Shown piece after piece: positions 29,338 through 38,292 of a DNA stretch of 64,000 nucleotides. Origin of the DNA: an uncultured Candidatus Saccharibacteria bacterium (GTDB lineage Bacteria > Patescibacteriota > Minisyncoccia > Phycocordibacterales > UBA1006). Location: NCBI GenBank assembly GCA_964507625.1, contig CAZDPR010000003.1:15101-79100 (forward strand). Direction: 5' to 3'. Made by a program: the position numbers and the translations under genes. The notes beneath the pieces are model-generated. The model was given only the letters and a program-made list of their open reading frames with translations, was not told where the DNA came from and did not search any database. Position 1 is the first letter of the stretch; each line of letters opens with the position of its first letter.

Positions 29338-29871
29338 TCACGATGGAGGTTTTTTGTTTTTTGTATTCTGTAATTTTCTGAGCTCTGCTTCGAGGCTCGG
29401 AATTTCTTCGTATTTTTCATCATCAACGCAAGATTTTATTTTCTGTTCTAACATTCTTATTTCGTCCGATTGTTCTTGGCAATTTTGATCATCATCATTT
29501 GAATTCTCTTGAGAAACCATATGATATTCAAACTCTGTAAAGATAATATATGCGTTGGACGAATAGTGAGACTCTTTTCTAAAACAAGAATAATTTTCAA
29601 GAAAAGGTAGATCAAAAATTCCTGGATCAATTTTTGAAAAATCAATATCAAAATCGTACTCTGATAAGCCTGAACTTAATCTTTTTACTGGAACAACTAT
29701 TTCTTGTTCTCCTAAAATATCGTCTAAATCGTACACTTCAGTAAAAATTGAAAGCATTACACACCTATCAGTAAATATAAAATCATAGATGGATAGAAAT
29801 CTTGTACTCCCAATTTCCATATTTTTGATGCAATGATGATCAAAAGTAACCGGAATTTTTCCTCTAATCAT
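29338..29871 (-). CDS. acidic hypothetical protein with C-terminal UVR-like coiled coil
   Basis: LEQKIKSCVDDEKYEEIPSLEAEL; own TTGACT promoter. Confidence 0.6.
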   Translation of the reverse strand: MIRGKIPVTFDHHCIKNMEIGSTRFLSIYDFIFTDRCVMLSIFTEVYDLDDILGEQEIVVPVKRLSSGLSEYDFDIDFSKIDPGIFDLPFLENYSCFRKESHYSSNAYIIFTEFEYHMVSQENSNDDDQNCQEQSDEIRMLEQKIKSCVDDEKYEEIPSLEAELRKLQNTKNKKPPS

Positions 29872-29947
29872 GACACTTGTGTTTTTATGGTGAAGAAATT
29901 TATTTACTTTCAAATTAACAAATATTATTAGAATAGTCAATTCCAAG

Positions 29948-30025
29948 ACAAAAGAGGCATTTCTGCCCCTTCAGTCAACTCGAGTGGACTTCGATACGAT
30001 TCTTGTGAACCGATTGATTGTAGAA
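29948..30025 (-). ncRNA. candidate three-hairpin small RNA
   Basis: CGGTTC/GAATCG and AGTCCACTC/GAGTTGACT stems, then terminator AGGGGCA-GAAA-TGCCTCT-TTT. Confidence 0.35.
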
Positions 30026-30108
30026 TTACAGTATTTAAAGGAAGTTTTGTAAGAAAAAATCCGCCCTAAACAAAAAGCGGATCTACTTACTTAAAAAATT
30101 ATTTAACT

Positions 30109-30459
30109 TCATGAGTGAGACTTAATACTGTTCTCTCTTTTTATTTTTCTAGCAAGTTGGCAGTTTTTTATCGCTTCATCAAATTGAGACCCTAGCACTT
30201 CACGAAACCTCTTCCATTGAGAATCCCAAGAGTCTGAATACCCTGCTATGTAAGCAAAATCTGAACGAACTGATTCACGAGGATCTGGATGATCAGGTTC
30301 TTCCCCTTTTCTTATTTCAGTCAGTTCTGAGAAGAATTTTAGAATATCTTCATCTTGTGTCAATAACCCAAAACCTATAAATATAGGATTATTATCTGGA
30401 TAAAGTTCTTCAATTTGAGGAATAATTGGTTTAGTTTTATCTACTACAAATTTCTCCAT
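30109..30459 (-). CDS. hypothetical protein (ORFan) downstream of tRNA-Ala
   Basis: 116 aa ORF, AT-rich. Confidence 0.65.
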   Translation of the reverse strand: MEKFVVDKTKPIIPQIEELYPDNNPIFIGFGLLTQDEDILKFFSELTEIRKGEEPDHPDPRESVRSDFAYIAGYSDSWDSQWKRFREVLGSQFDEAIKNCQLARKIKRENSIKSHS

Positions 30460-30603
30460 TTTTTATGATTTAATTATTTTGCAATACTGCTCTCTAAGAA
30501 TTAATAAATCACGCCCAGAGAGCAATATACAAAACGAATCAAATACAATATAAAAGAACTGTATTATATCAATATAATATATTTCTTTTATATTTTGTCA
30601 AGG

Positions 30604-30676
30604 TGGACCCTAGCGGATTCGAACCGCTGACCTCCTCAGTGCAAGTGAGGCGCTCTACCAACTAAGCTAAGGGCCC
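30604..30676 (-). tRNA. tRNA-Ala(UGC)
   Basis: G3-U70 pair; anticodon arm CCTCA-CTTGCAC-TGAGG; GGTTCGAATCC. Confidence 0.96.
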
Positions 30677-30680
30677 AGGT

Positions 30681-30800
30681 GCGAACCTTATCAATACCAC
30701 GGCAACCGTGGTGTTTCTACATCGTAGAAACTTTGGTTCGCTCAGGTTATCTGGCAATAGACGAGCTATTTTCAGGTAACCTGTGATCGTAAGAACAATC
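30681..30800 (-). ncRNA. structured RNA leader upstream of tRNA-Ala
   Basis: five stems including a multibranch closed by GCGAACC/GGTTCGC; promoter TTGCAA...TATAAT upstream. Confidence 0.5.
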
Positions 30801-30936
30801 TAGAATAATTATAATCAAAGAATGATTTTTTGCAAGTCATTAGACCAAATAAAATATTTTTTATCAAGATGTCATGTATGATAGAATATCCTTACCGGGT
30901 CGTCACCGGAATGTATATAGTTTGTCTATTATTTTT

Positions 30937-31305
30937 ATGAACACTTCGAATAGTATTATGATTCTTGTTGGTATTATAGGAGCTTTGGTTATTGGTTTTT
31001 TTCTTGGAAAAGGTTCTGGTATGTCAAAAATGCATCAGGAAATGATGTCAGGAGATACATCAATGCATAGCATGATGATGGATATGACTGCATCATTACA
31101 AGGAAAAACAGGTGCGGAATTTGATCGAGCATTCCTCGCAGAAATGATTATTCATCATGAAGGAGCAGTGGATATGGCTAAAATGGTATTAGAACAATCA
31201 GATCGACCAGAACTCCAACAATTAGCAAATGAAATTATTACCGCACAAGAAAAAGAAATTGACCAAATGAAAAACTGGCAAAAAGAATGGTTCTCAGCTG
31301 AATAA
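30937..31305 (+). CDS. DUF305 family protein
   Basis: FDRAFLAEMIIHHEGAVDMA..II.AQEKEI. Confidence 0.92.
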   Translation: MNTSNSIMILVGIIGALVIGFFLGKGSGMSKMHQEMMSGDTSMHSMMMDMTASLQGKTGAEFDRAFLAEMIIHHEGAVDMAKMVLEQSDRPELQQLANEIITAQEKEIDQMKNWQKEWFSAE

Positions 31306-31337
31306 TAAAAATACACACGATACAGTGTGTATTTTTA

Positions 31338-33065
31338 TTATCGATCAGGAGGAATATTATAATAATTAATGAGAAAATTAGTAATATTTAAAAATGGGTC
31401 AACGAGTGTTTCAGAAGAAAACTGAGCTCCTTTTTTAGGATATTCATTCATTAAAAATATAATAAATTTTGGGTCATAAGCCGGAAAATATCCTACAAAG
31501 GTATGTAAATTGCGATCTTCATAATAGCCTCCAGATTCACGATTTGCAATTTGTGCAGTTCCTGTTTTTCCCGCAATAGAATAATGTTTTAATTTTTTGG
31601 TACCATTAAAATAACTATCGAAAGCATTCACCATCATACGAGTTATTTCTTCTGAACTTTCTGGTTTGATCACTGTTTTTAATATCGTTGGTTCAATAAT
31701 TTTTTTTGTACCATCAATATATTCAATATATTCAACAACGCGCGGTTGCATTAATTTCCCACCATTAGCAAGTACCGACATAGCTCGTGTCATCCCGATT
31801 GGTGTCGCAGCAATTCCTTGTCCGAAAGCAATATTGGCGAATTCTACATCACGATTGGTGCGTAAATTTGAAACGAGACCCTTAATTTCCCCCGGTAAAT
31901 CAATTCCTGTAGTTTCTCCGAACCCAAATTTTTCAAATTGTTCTCGAAAATTATTTTTATCCATCCGTTGCATTGCAAACACCATTCCGGTATTCAATGA
32001 TTGATCAAGTACGGTTTGCATTGTAATAGTTCCACGTCCCTTGCGGTCAAAATTTCGAATCGTTCGATCTCCTACTTTGATAAATCCAGCATCATAATAG
32101 GTTGTATCAGCAGTAATCGCTCCTTGATCGAGTGCAGTTGCGAGAATAATTGGTTTCATAATTGAACCCATTTCAAAAACACTTTCAACTGCTGGGTTAT
32201 TTAATAATGCAACTGATGACACGTTTCGATAATTATTAATATCAAATCCAGGAGTTGATGCCATGGCAACAACTGCGCCTGTTTTTGGATCCATGATAAT
32301 TCCTGTAGTACGATCAGAATCCCATTGTTCGCGAATTAATTCAAGTTCATTTTGAAGCGAAGATTGCACCAACGGTTCTAGAGTAGTCACAATATCACCC
32401 TCAGTGGGAATTTCATCCTTTGAAAATTGAGTCAAATGAGTAAATACCTCTGCAAAAAAATTCACATACAATCCAGATGAAACCCTACTTAAAATATCAT
32501 CATAGAAACGCTCTAATCCATACCGTCCAACCAAATCATTATCTTTATATGCAACCAATCCAATAACATGGGGCGCTAGTAATCCTGAAGGTGAAAATCG
32601 AGCATTCATCTGATAGAGCGTTGCCGATTTTATTTGTAACTGTTTGATTTGTTCTGCTTGATCCTGGGTTAATTTCACCGCAAGTTCTTCATAGGTGTCA
32701 TTTTTTTTGGATACCTGTTTTATAAGTGTTTCCTGATCTAGTTCAGGGATAATATTTTTCAATGATTCGTAAAGTTGTTCTGGATTAAAATTTTCTTGTT
32801 GTTGGAGAATACTAGGATTCACCGTAAGCATAAAACCGCGGAGTAAACTTGCCCCTGATACTAATTCACCATTTTTCTTCTTAAAAAAAATACTTCCACG
32901 ATCAAATTGAGAATGAGCAGTTCGCACATACTGTCGATCAGCTTCTTGAGAATATTTTTCACCATGAACAATTTGAAGCCATGCTAATTTTGCAACAAAA
33001 AGAAGCCCTATAAAAATAAAGATGATAGAGATAATACGGATACGATAACCAAACACAGAAGACAT
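31338..33065 (-). CDS. ftsI: class B penicillin-binding protein FtsI
   Basis: SIMK, SLN and KTG motifs; position in the mraZ-rsmH-ftsL operon. Confidence 0.92.
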   Translation of the reverse strand: MSSVFGYRIRIISIIFIFIGLLFVAKLAWLQIVHGEKYSQEADRQYVRTAHSQFDRGSIFFKKKNGELVSGASLLRGFMLTVNPSILQQQENFNPEQLYESLKNIIPELDQETLIKQVSKKNDTYEELAVKLTQDQAEQIKQLQIKSATLYQMNARFSPSGLLAPHVIGLVAYKDNDLVGRYGLERFYDDILSRVSSGLYVNFFAEVFTHLTQFSKDEIPTEGDIVTTLEPLVQSSLQNELELIREQWDSDRTTGIIMDPKTGAVVAMASTPGFDINNYRNVSSVALLNNPAVESVFEMGSIMKPIILATALDQGAITADTTYYDAGFIKVGDRTIRNFDRKGRGTITMQTVLDQSLNTGMVFAMQRMDKNNFREQFEKFGFGETTGIDLPGEIKGLVSNLRTNRDVEFANIAFGQGIAATPIGMTRAMSVLANGGKLMQPRVVEYIEYIDGTKKIIEPTILKTVIKPESSEEITRMMVNAFDSYFNGTKKLKHYSIAGKTGTAQIANRESGGYYEDRNLHTFVGYFPAYDPKFIIFLMNEYPKKGAQFSSETLVDPFLNITNFLINYYNIPPDR

Positions 33066-33114
33066 AGAAAAATATAAAAAATTATAACAAAATTCCCGCC
33101 AAAAGACGAGAATA

Positions 33115-33435
33115 CTAACGAATCAAAGCAACTGCAGGGTATGATTCTTCGGTATAAGCAAACACAGGAGTAACCGTTTCAGAAAACCCTAATTGTTCAA
33201 TAGTAGTTGGATCAATTGCTTGAGCAAGTTCAAAATAGGTTACTTCTAAATCAGAAATTGCAATTTGTGTTTGACGGATTTCTTCTCGTAATTCTTTTCG
33301 TTCATTCGTAAGCGCAACAGACTGAACAGTAAATCCAGCGTATGCGCCAATAATAAGGACGAGAACTCCCGTGAAAAATCGTGACACCAATACACGATTG
33401 AGAAATGATTTTTTTTGTTGAGAAGAATAATCCAT
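33115..33435 (-). CDS. ftsL: FtsL-like protein
   Basis: TM segment plus coiled coil plus LGF, between rsmH and ftsI. Confidence 0.7.
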   Translation of the reverse strand: MDYSSQQKKSFLNRVLVSRFFTGVLVLIIGAYAGFTVQSVALTNERKELREEIRQTQIAISDLEVTYFELAQAIDPTTIEQLGFSETVTPVFAYTEESYPAVALIR

Positions 33436-33461
33436 AAAAATTGCAAATAAATCTGATAATA

Positions 33462-34385
33462 TTATTGTTTTTCAATAATGCGTAATTTTGCACTGCGTGA
33501 CCGAATATTCGAGATAATTTCGCCCTGTGATGGCGTAAGAGGCTTTTTGTGTACAAGTTGGATAGTTTGCGTATCTGCATATGATTTGAAAATATGCTTT
33601 ACGATTCTATCTTCCCCACTATGAAAGGTAATAACTGCAAACCTTCCCTGTGGTGCTAAACATTGAATTCCTGCATGGAGCGCATCGGTAATGGCTCCAA
33701 ATTCATCATTTACTGCAATGCGTAATGCTTGGAATACTTTGGTTGCAGGATGAATTTTAAATTTTAATGATTTTCCACTGGCAATCTTTTTTGGGAAAAG
33801 TGCATTGATAACTTCACGAGCAAGTTGATGCGTCGTCATAATTAATGAATCTTTTCGCACTTGGACTAAATGTCGGGCAATAACACGAGCTTTCGGTTCG
33901 TCACCGTACCCGTAAAAAATATCAGCGAGTGTTTCCTCTTCCCAGAAATTAATAATTTCATAGGCAGTTAATCGTTCTCCTGATAACCCTTTAGCGAGAT
34001 TCATATCGAGCGGTCCATCATGCATAAATGATAATCCTCGATCATGATCCTCAATTTGAAAACTACTCCATCCTAAGTCTAATAATATTCCATCAACTTG
34101 ATCAATAGAAAGTGAATGGAGGATGTCGATAATATTTCGAAAGTTGTTGTGCACAAAATATTTTTTACACGACAGTGGTGCAAGTTTTTCTTGTGCGCGC
34201 ACAATTGCGTCATAGTCTACGTCGCAACCAATAAATGTTCCGTTCGAAGATAATTGTTCTGCAATACCGAATGCATGTCCAGCACCACCCAATGTTCCGT
34301 CAATATATACACCGTCCGGACGGATAGCGAGCGCTTCTAATGATTCGCTATAAAGGACTGGAATATGTAATGATTGCTTGTTCAT
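33462..34385 (-). CDS. rsmH: 16S rRNA m4C1402 methyltransferase
   Basis: HIPVL, DGTLGGAGH, DLGWSS, FQALRIAVN, FHSGED, RSRSAKLR. Confidence 0.97.
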   Translation of the reverse strand: MNKQSLHIPVLYSESLEALAIRPDGVYIDGTLGGAGHAFGIAEQLSSNGTFIGCDVDYDAIVRAQEKLAPLSCKKYFVHNNFRNIIDILHSLSIDQVDGILLDLGWSSFQIEDHDRGLSFMHDGPLDMNLAKGLSGERLTAYEIINFWEEETLADIFYGYGDEPKARVIARHLVQVRKDSLIMTTHQLAREVINALFPKKIASGKSLKFKIHPATKVFQALRIAVNDEFGAITDALHAGIQCLAPQGRFAVITFHSGEDRIVKHIFKSYADTQTIQLVHKKPLTPSQGEIISNIRSRSAKLRIIEKQ

Positions 34386-34386
34386 A

Positions 34387-34818
34387 CTATTTTTCATGAA
34401 GTGTTTCTGCAAGGGATTCAATTTCTGATTCAACTTTTTTCAAATACTGTATCCACTGATCTTCATTCCAGAGTTCTAAACGATTACGAGCTCCGATAAT
34501 GACTACTTTTGTATCAAGTTTTGCTTCTTGTTTCAAAAAATCTGGAATAAGGATTCTTCCTGCAGAATCTACTTCTGTTTCTGTTGCACCTGACAACATA
34601 AAACGATTAAACGCACGATTATTTGCCTGATGATCTGAAAAACTTTGAAGGCTTTCCAAATACTTCTTCCCTTCTGAATAGGAATACACAGAAAGACAGC
34701 GATCGAGACCTCGCGTAATAATTATTTTTTTACCGAGTAATTTCCGTAATTTTGCCGGAAGCGACATTCGGTTTTTACTGTCGAGTGTGTGTCGATATTC
34801 TCCGAGAAACATAGGCAT
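34387..34818 (-). CDS. mraZ: transcriptional regulator MraZ
   Basis: MFLGEY.HTLDSKNR, DSAGRILIP. Confidence 0.97.
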   Translation of the reverse strand: MPMFLGEYRHTLDSKNRMSLPAKLRKLLGKKIIITRGLDRCLSVYSYSEGKKYLESLQSFSDHQANNRAFNRFMLSGATETEVDSAGRILIPDFLKQEAKLDTKVVIIGARNRLELWNEDQWIQYLKKVESEIESLAETLHEK

Positions 34819-34836
34819 AGAGATGAACTGAAATTA

Positions 34837-34873
34837 TCCCACTTCATCCCACTTCAATAATACGCTATCCCAC
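34837..34873 (-). promoter_or_regulatory. MraZ-binding GTGGG repeats
   Basis: GTGGGA at 34837, 34847 and 34868, phased with the helical repeat, upstream of mraZ. Confidence 0.8.
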
Positions 34874-34905
34874 CATGAAACACAAGTAACTGGGTTTCAC
34901 AAAAC

Positions 34906-34914
34906 TGTGGATAA
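34906..34914 (-). promoter_or_regulatory. DnaA box upstream of mraZ
   Basis: perfect TTATCCACA. Confidence 0.5.
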
Positions 34915-34949
34915 CAAAAAACACCCTTTTAGAAGGATGTTTTTTATAA

Positions 34950-35639
34950 TTATTCACTATCGAATGACTTCCCAGTAATTTTTTCATACACAAAAATCTT
35001 TGCAATCATAGTTACCGGAATAGTGATAAACAATCCAATACCAATTAAAAGTAATCCACCGATATTAATGAGTACTACTAATATTCCAAATCCAAGCAAA
35101 TCAAAGAAGTGATTTTTTGTTACTCCTGCTGTTTTTTTAAACAACGCAACAATTCCTAATCCAGAATGATCAATTGCAGTAGGATTTAGAAACATAAAAC
35201 GAATCTGAATATACACAGCTAATGCAACTACCAATCCAACTGCAATGAATAATGGAATTAGACCTTTTATGAGAAATGCAATTACCAATATAACCGCAAT
35301 AGTAATAATTGTAGGGACAATAAAAAGTAATTGTGTTACAAATACCTTCCCCCAAATTTTTGGCTGTGTTTTAAAATCATGCCAAGTATGTGAATTTCCT
35401 CGAATTAAACGTAAAATTACCTGCGCCCAACCAATACTTAATGCAAGACTCACTATGATACTCAAAAGAGTAACCAGTACTGAAAGAATAGTTGTTGATT
35501 CAGTTTTTACTGTTAAAAATTGCATTAATATTAAAACGAGCCCAGACACAAACACTGCAGGTAATATAAAAGCGTAGTTTACTTTGAATAATTTCCATGC
35601 TTGTGAAAGCATTTGAGAATTAGAAAAACCGTGGTTCAT
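34950..35639 (-). CDS. integral membrane protein (DUF975/YciC-like)
   Basis: AWKLFK start, 5-6 TM segments, IGLFITIP. Confidence 0.75.
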   Translation of the reverse strand: MNHGFSNSQMLSQAWKLFKVNYAFILPAVFVSGLVLILMQFLTVKTESTTILSVLVTLLSIIVSLALSIGWAQVILRLIRGNSHTWHDFKTQPKIWGKVFVTQLLFIVPTIITIAVILVIAFLIKGLIPLFIAVGLVVALAVYIQIRFMFLNPTAIDHSGLGIVALFKKTAGVTKNHFFDLLGFGILVVLINIGGLLLIGIGLFITIPVTMIAKIFVYEKITGKSFDSE

Positions 35640-35726
35640 AATTATATTTTTTATTATCTAATAATATATTTTCAGTATACCATATTTTCTCAAACAAAAA
35701 ACTACCCTTTGGGATAGTTTTTTGTG

Positions 35727-35803
35727 TGGTGCGTGATCCAGGATTCGAACCTGGGGCCTTTCGAGTATCAGTCGAATGCTCTAGCCAGCTGAGCTAATCA
35801 CGC
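35727..35803 (-). tRNA. tRNA-Ile(GAU) with encoded CCA
   Basis: anticodon arm TTCGA-CTGATAC-TCGAA; GGTTCGAATCC; ACCA end. Confidence 0.92.
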
Positions 35804-35946
35804 GTTTCAATGCTCCACGAAAAACAGTATACTGATTTTTCGATATTTTGCAAACAAAAAAATTATAATTCTGTATTAGTTTTTTATTTAGTAATCAATA
35901 CTTGACAATATTTCAAAATATGCTATAATTAATAAAATTTGGACAT

Positions 35947-36648
35947 ATGAAAAAAAATATTTTTGCCGCAATGATGGGATTGGCAACCCTTTTAATGATT
36001 TCCTGTTCCACGAAAGATGTCATAAATGACATTGACCCAATGGAAACAGAGGGTCTCCAAGTACGGACTCAAATCATAGACTCGTTGAGGAATTTGCCTC
36101 CTGAAGAGCGCGGAAGATTCATGGAACAAAACGCTCCACAACTGAATTCCATGTTAGCCTCTTACCTGAGACAACGGGGATACAGCTGCGAAATCGAAAC
36201 TGTCGGATACTCTTTCGGATCTGGTAAGGCCAAAGGTGTGGAGTCAGGAGACAGTACTCGACACAATGGTCACTACAACGATCAGCTCTACGCGATCATC
36301 AAAGGTGGTAGCTGCTTCGGAGATTCGTTGATTGTGTTTGTCCAGTGTCTCAATGGCACATTCTCCTTAAAGGGGGACGGACAATCACTTGGTACTTATG
36401 TGCCAGAGTTTACGATTGATTCGTTGATGGGGATAAATCGATATGTTGATTATATGATGTCAATTTATTTGGCTGAATATTTTAACATTCCGATTTATAA
36501 AGGGAGAAAAATGAACGAAAAGTTCAGAATTACCCCTGCGGAGGCTCGATTATTAGAAGATTCTATTGGAAATACTCAAGTCACCGTAAAGGTGTATCCT
36601 GGAGATCACTTCCATCTAGGCAGAATGACCTATACCAGGTCGTTCTAA
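35947..36648 (+). CDS. putative lipoprotein
   Basis: MKKNIF..LLMISCS lipobox-like signal; TTGACA...TATAAT promoter. Confidence 0.75.
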   Translation: MKKNIFAAMMGLATLLMISCSTKDVINDIDPMETEGLQVRTQIIDSLRNLPPEERGRFMEQNAPQLNSMLASYLRQRGYSCEIETVGYSFGSGKAKGVESGDSTRHNGHYNDQLYAIIKGGSCFGDSLIVFVQCLNGTFSLKGDGQSLGTYVPEFTIDSLMGINRYVDYMMSIYLAEYFNIPIYKGRKMNEKFRITPAEARLLEDSIGNTQVTVKVYPGDHFHLGRMTYTRSF

Positions 36649-36753
36649 ATTCGCGAAACTCAAATAGCACGTCTTTATGGCGTGCTATTTTTACTTCTTA
36701 AATTCTTACAAAAAAGCCACCCATTACAGGTGGCTTTACAGTTTTTGGAAAAC

Positions 36754-37485
36754 TTATTTTAAGACAAGTCTTGGAAGGTCTCGCCTTTTAATATCGTTTC
36801 CATCGACTGTATTTGCATTTATGCCCGGCATGCGGACATATTCTGCAAATTGATGAATCGCAGCAGCTGCTAGGATAGGGTCGTCCCTACGCGCAGATGA
36901 ATATGCTGCAATCCAAACAGGGTATTCAGTAAAATCATCTTTTAGATGATCGCGGTAATACGCGTATCCTGAATAGATGATGGGCTTTACCCCGTACTCT
37001 TTTTCAACGGCATCGAGCCATTTTTTAAGCCCCACTTTGAGCTTTGCCATGCTTTGCACACGACTTTTTTGCTCAATATCCAGAATCGGAACAAAGTCCC
37101 CTTTCTGGATTTTCCCCCTAATTGCTCGCAGATAATTATCTGCTTGTTTCAGGGAATTTTCGTTGGGATCGTAATAGTGGTACGCACCCACTATGAGACC
37201 CTGTTCACGAGCCTCGGACAAATTTTTTTCAAAATTTTTATCTTTACGATCTGCCCCCATTGTAGAGCGCATGATAGCAAACTCTACTGGGGCATGCTGG
37301 TCCTGTGTTGCCACAGTTTTCCAGCAGACATCCCCCTGATAATGGGAGATATCGATGCCGAACACGGTTTCATTCTGAACAGTTTCGTATCCAGCCTGTC
37401 CGTTATCTAAACAAGCAAAAACAAGTATCGAGAAGAAAAACGAAAGTGCAATTATTTTGATCGCAGAAAAAAAAGAATTTTTCAT
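36754..37485 (-). CDS. GH25 muramidase with signal or lipoprotein peptide
   Basis: GIDISHYQG, GAYHYY, LDIE catalytic DxE, WIAAY, VDGN. Confidence 0.93.
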   Translation of the reverse strand: MKNSFFSAIKIIALSFFFSILVFACLDNGQAGYETVQNETVFGIDISHYQGDVCWKTVATQDQHAPVEFAIMRSTMGADRKDKNFEKNLSEAREQGLIVGAYHYYDPNENSLKQADNYLRAIRGKIQKGDFVPILDIEQKSRVQSMAKLKVGLKKWLDAVEKEYGVKPIIYSGYAYYRDHLKDDFTEYPVWIAAYSSARRDDPILAAAAIHQFAEYVRMPGINANTVDGNDIKRRDLPRLVLK

Positions 37486-37574
37486 TTGTTAAGTTTTTTT
37501 TATTATAGCATAATTTATAATATTATCAATTTTGTATAGTGATAATAAAAAACCGCGTTCAGCAGTTTTTTTAT

Positions 37575-37928
37575 TTACGCAATTTTGGTAACTTTGAATT
37601 TCATGTAAGGTTGTCGGTGTCCTCGTTTTTTGTAGTAACGAGATTTAGCTTTGTATTTTACTACGATAACTTTGTCACCTTTTCCTTCTTCGATAAATTC
37701 AGCGGTAACTTTTGCACCTGCAACAGTTGGAGTTCCAATGGTTGTTTTTGATCCATCAGTCGTCATTAGTACTTGATCAAATGCAAGGGATTTTCCAGCT
37801 TCGAATTCCCCATCTAATTTTTCAATAGTAATAATATCTCCTTCACGAACGATGTATTGTTTTCCACCTGTAAGGATTACAGAAAAAGCAGGAGAAAGTT
37901 CTTTAGTTGTTTTCTTGGTAGTAGCCAT
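37575..37928 (-). CDS. rplU: 50S ribosomal protein L21
   Basis: TGGKQY, GHRQPY. Confidence 0.98.
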   Translation of the reverse strand: MATTKKTTKELSPAFSVILTGGKQYIVREGDIITIEKLDGEFEAGKSLAFDQVLMTTDGSKTTIGTPTVAGAKVTAEFIEEGKGDKVIVVKYKAKSRYYKKRGHRQPYMKFKVTKIA

Positions 37929-37997
37929 AATGTTCTCTAGTATACATGAAATCAGAGTTTTTGCAAGAGGGATAACGATGCGTAATAAAAGCCGAAT

Positions 37998-38180
37998 TTA
38001 CGTGGTAAATCCGGCTTTTTTCTTTGACTTTTCCGCAATAGTTTTTGCGACCTCCTCAATAAATGAGGCTGTCTTTGCGGTCAAAGAAAAGGTGAGCCAC
38101 AGGGCTCCGAAAAAAGTTACTCTCATGAATTTCCCAAACAATCCTTCTTTTGCCTGGTTATTATTTCTTACTTGTGACAT
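37998..38180 (-). CDS. small hypothetical protein (ORFan)
   Basis: 60 aa; TTGACA-17-TATTAT promoter. Confidence 0.5.
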   Translation of the reverse strand: MSQVRNNNQAKEGLFGKFMRVTFFGALWLTFSLTAKTASFIEEVAKTIAEKSKKKAGFTT

Positions 38181-38292
38181 ATACTTTTTTTTGGTTCAAA
38201 AATTATAATAGCATATTTATATTTTTTTGTCAATAATTACAATATTTCCATCACCTTTATTATTCCGCTCTTTTCTGCTACTATGACGATAT

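Noticed and set aside
22577-34914. Replication origin suggested by DnaA boxes
   Set aside because: Only two isolated boxes 12 kb apart; no cluster, dnaA or dnaN
35900-37520. Prophage or integrative element at tRNA-Ile
   Set aside because: No integrase, holin, structural genes or duplicated tRNA 3' end seen; the islet lies on the 5' side of the tRNA
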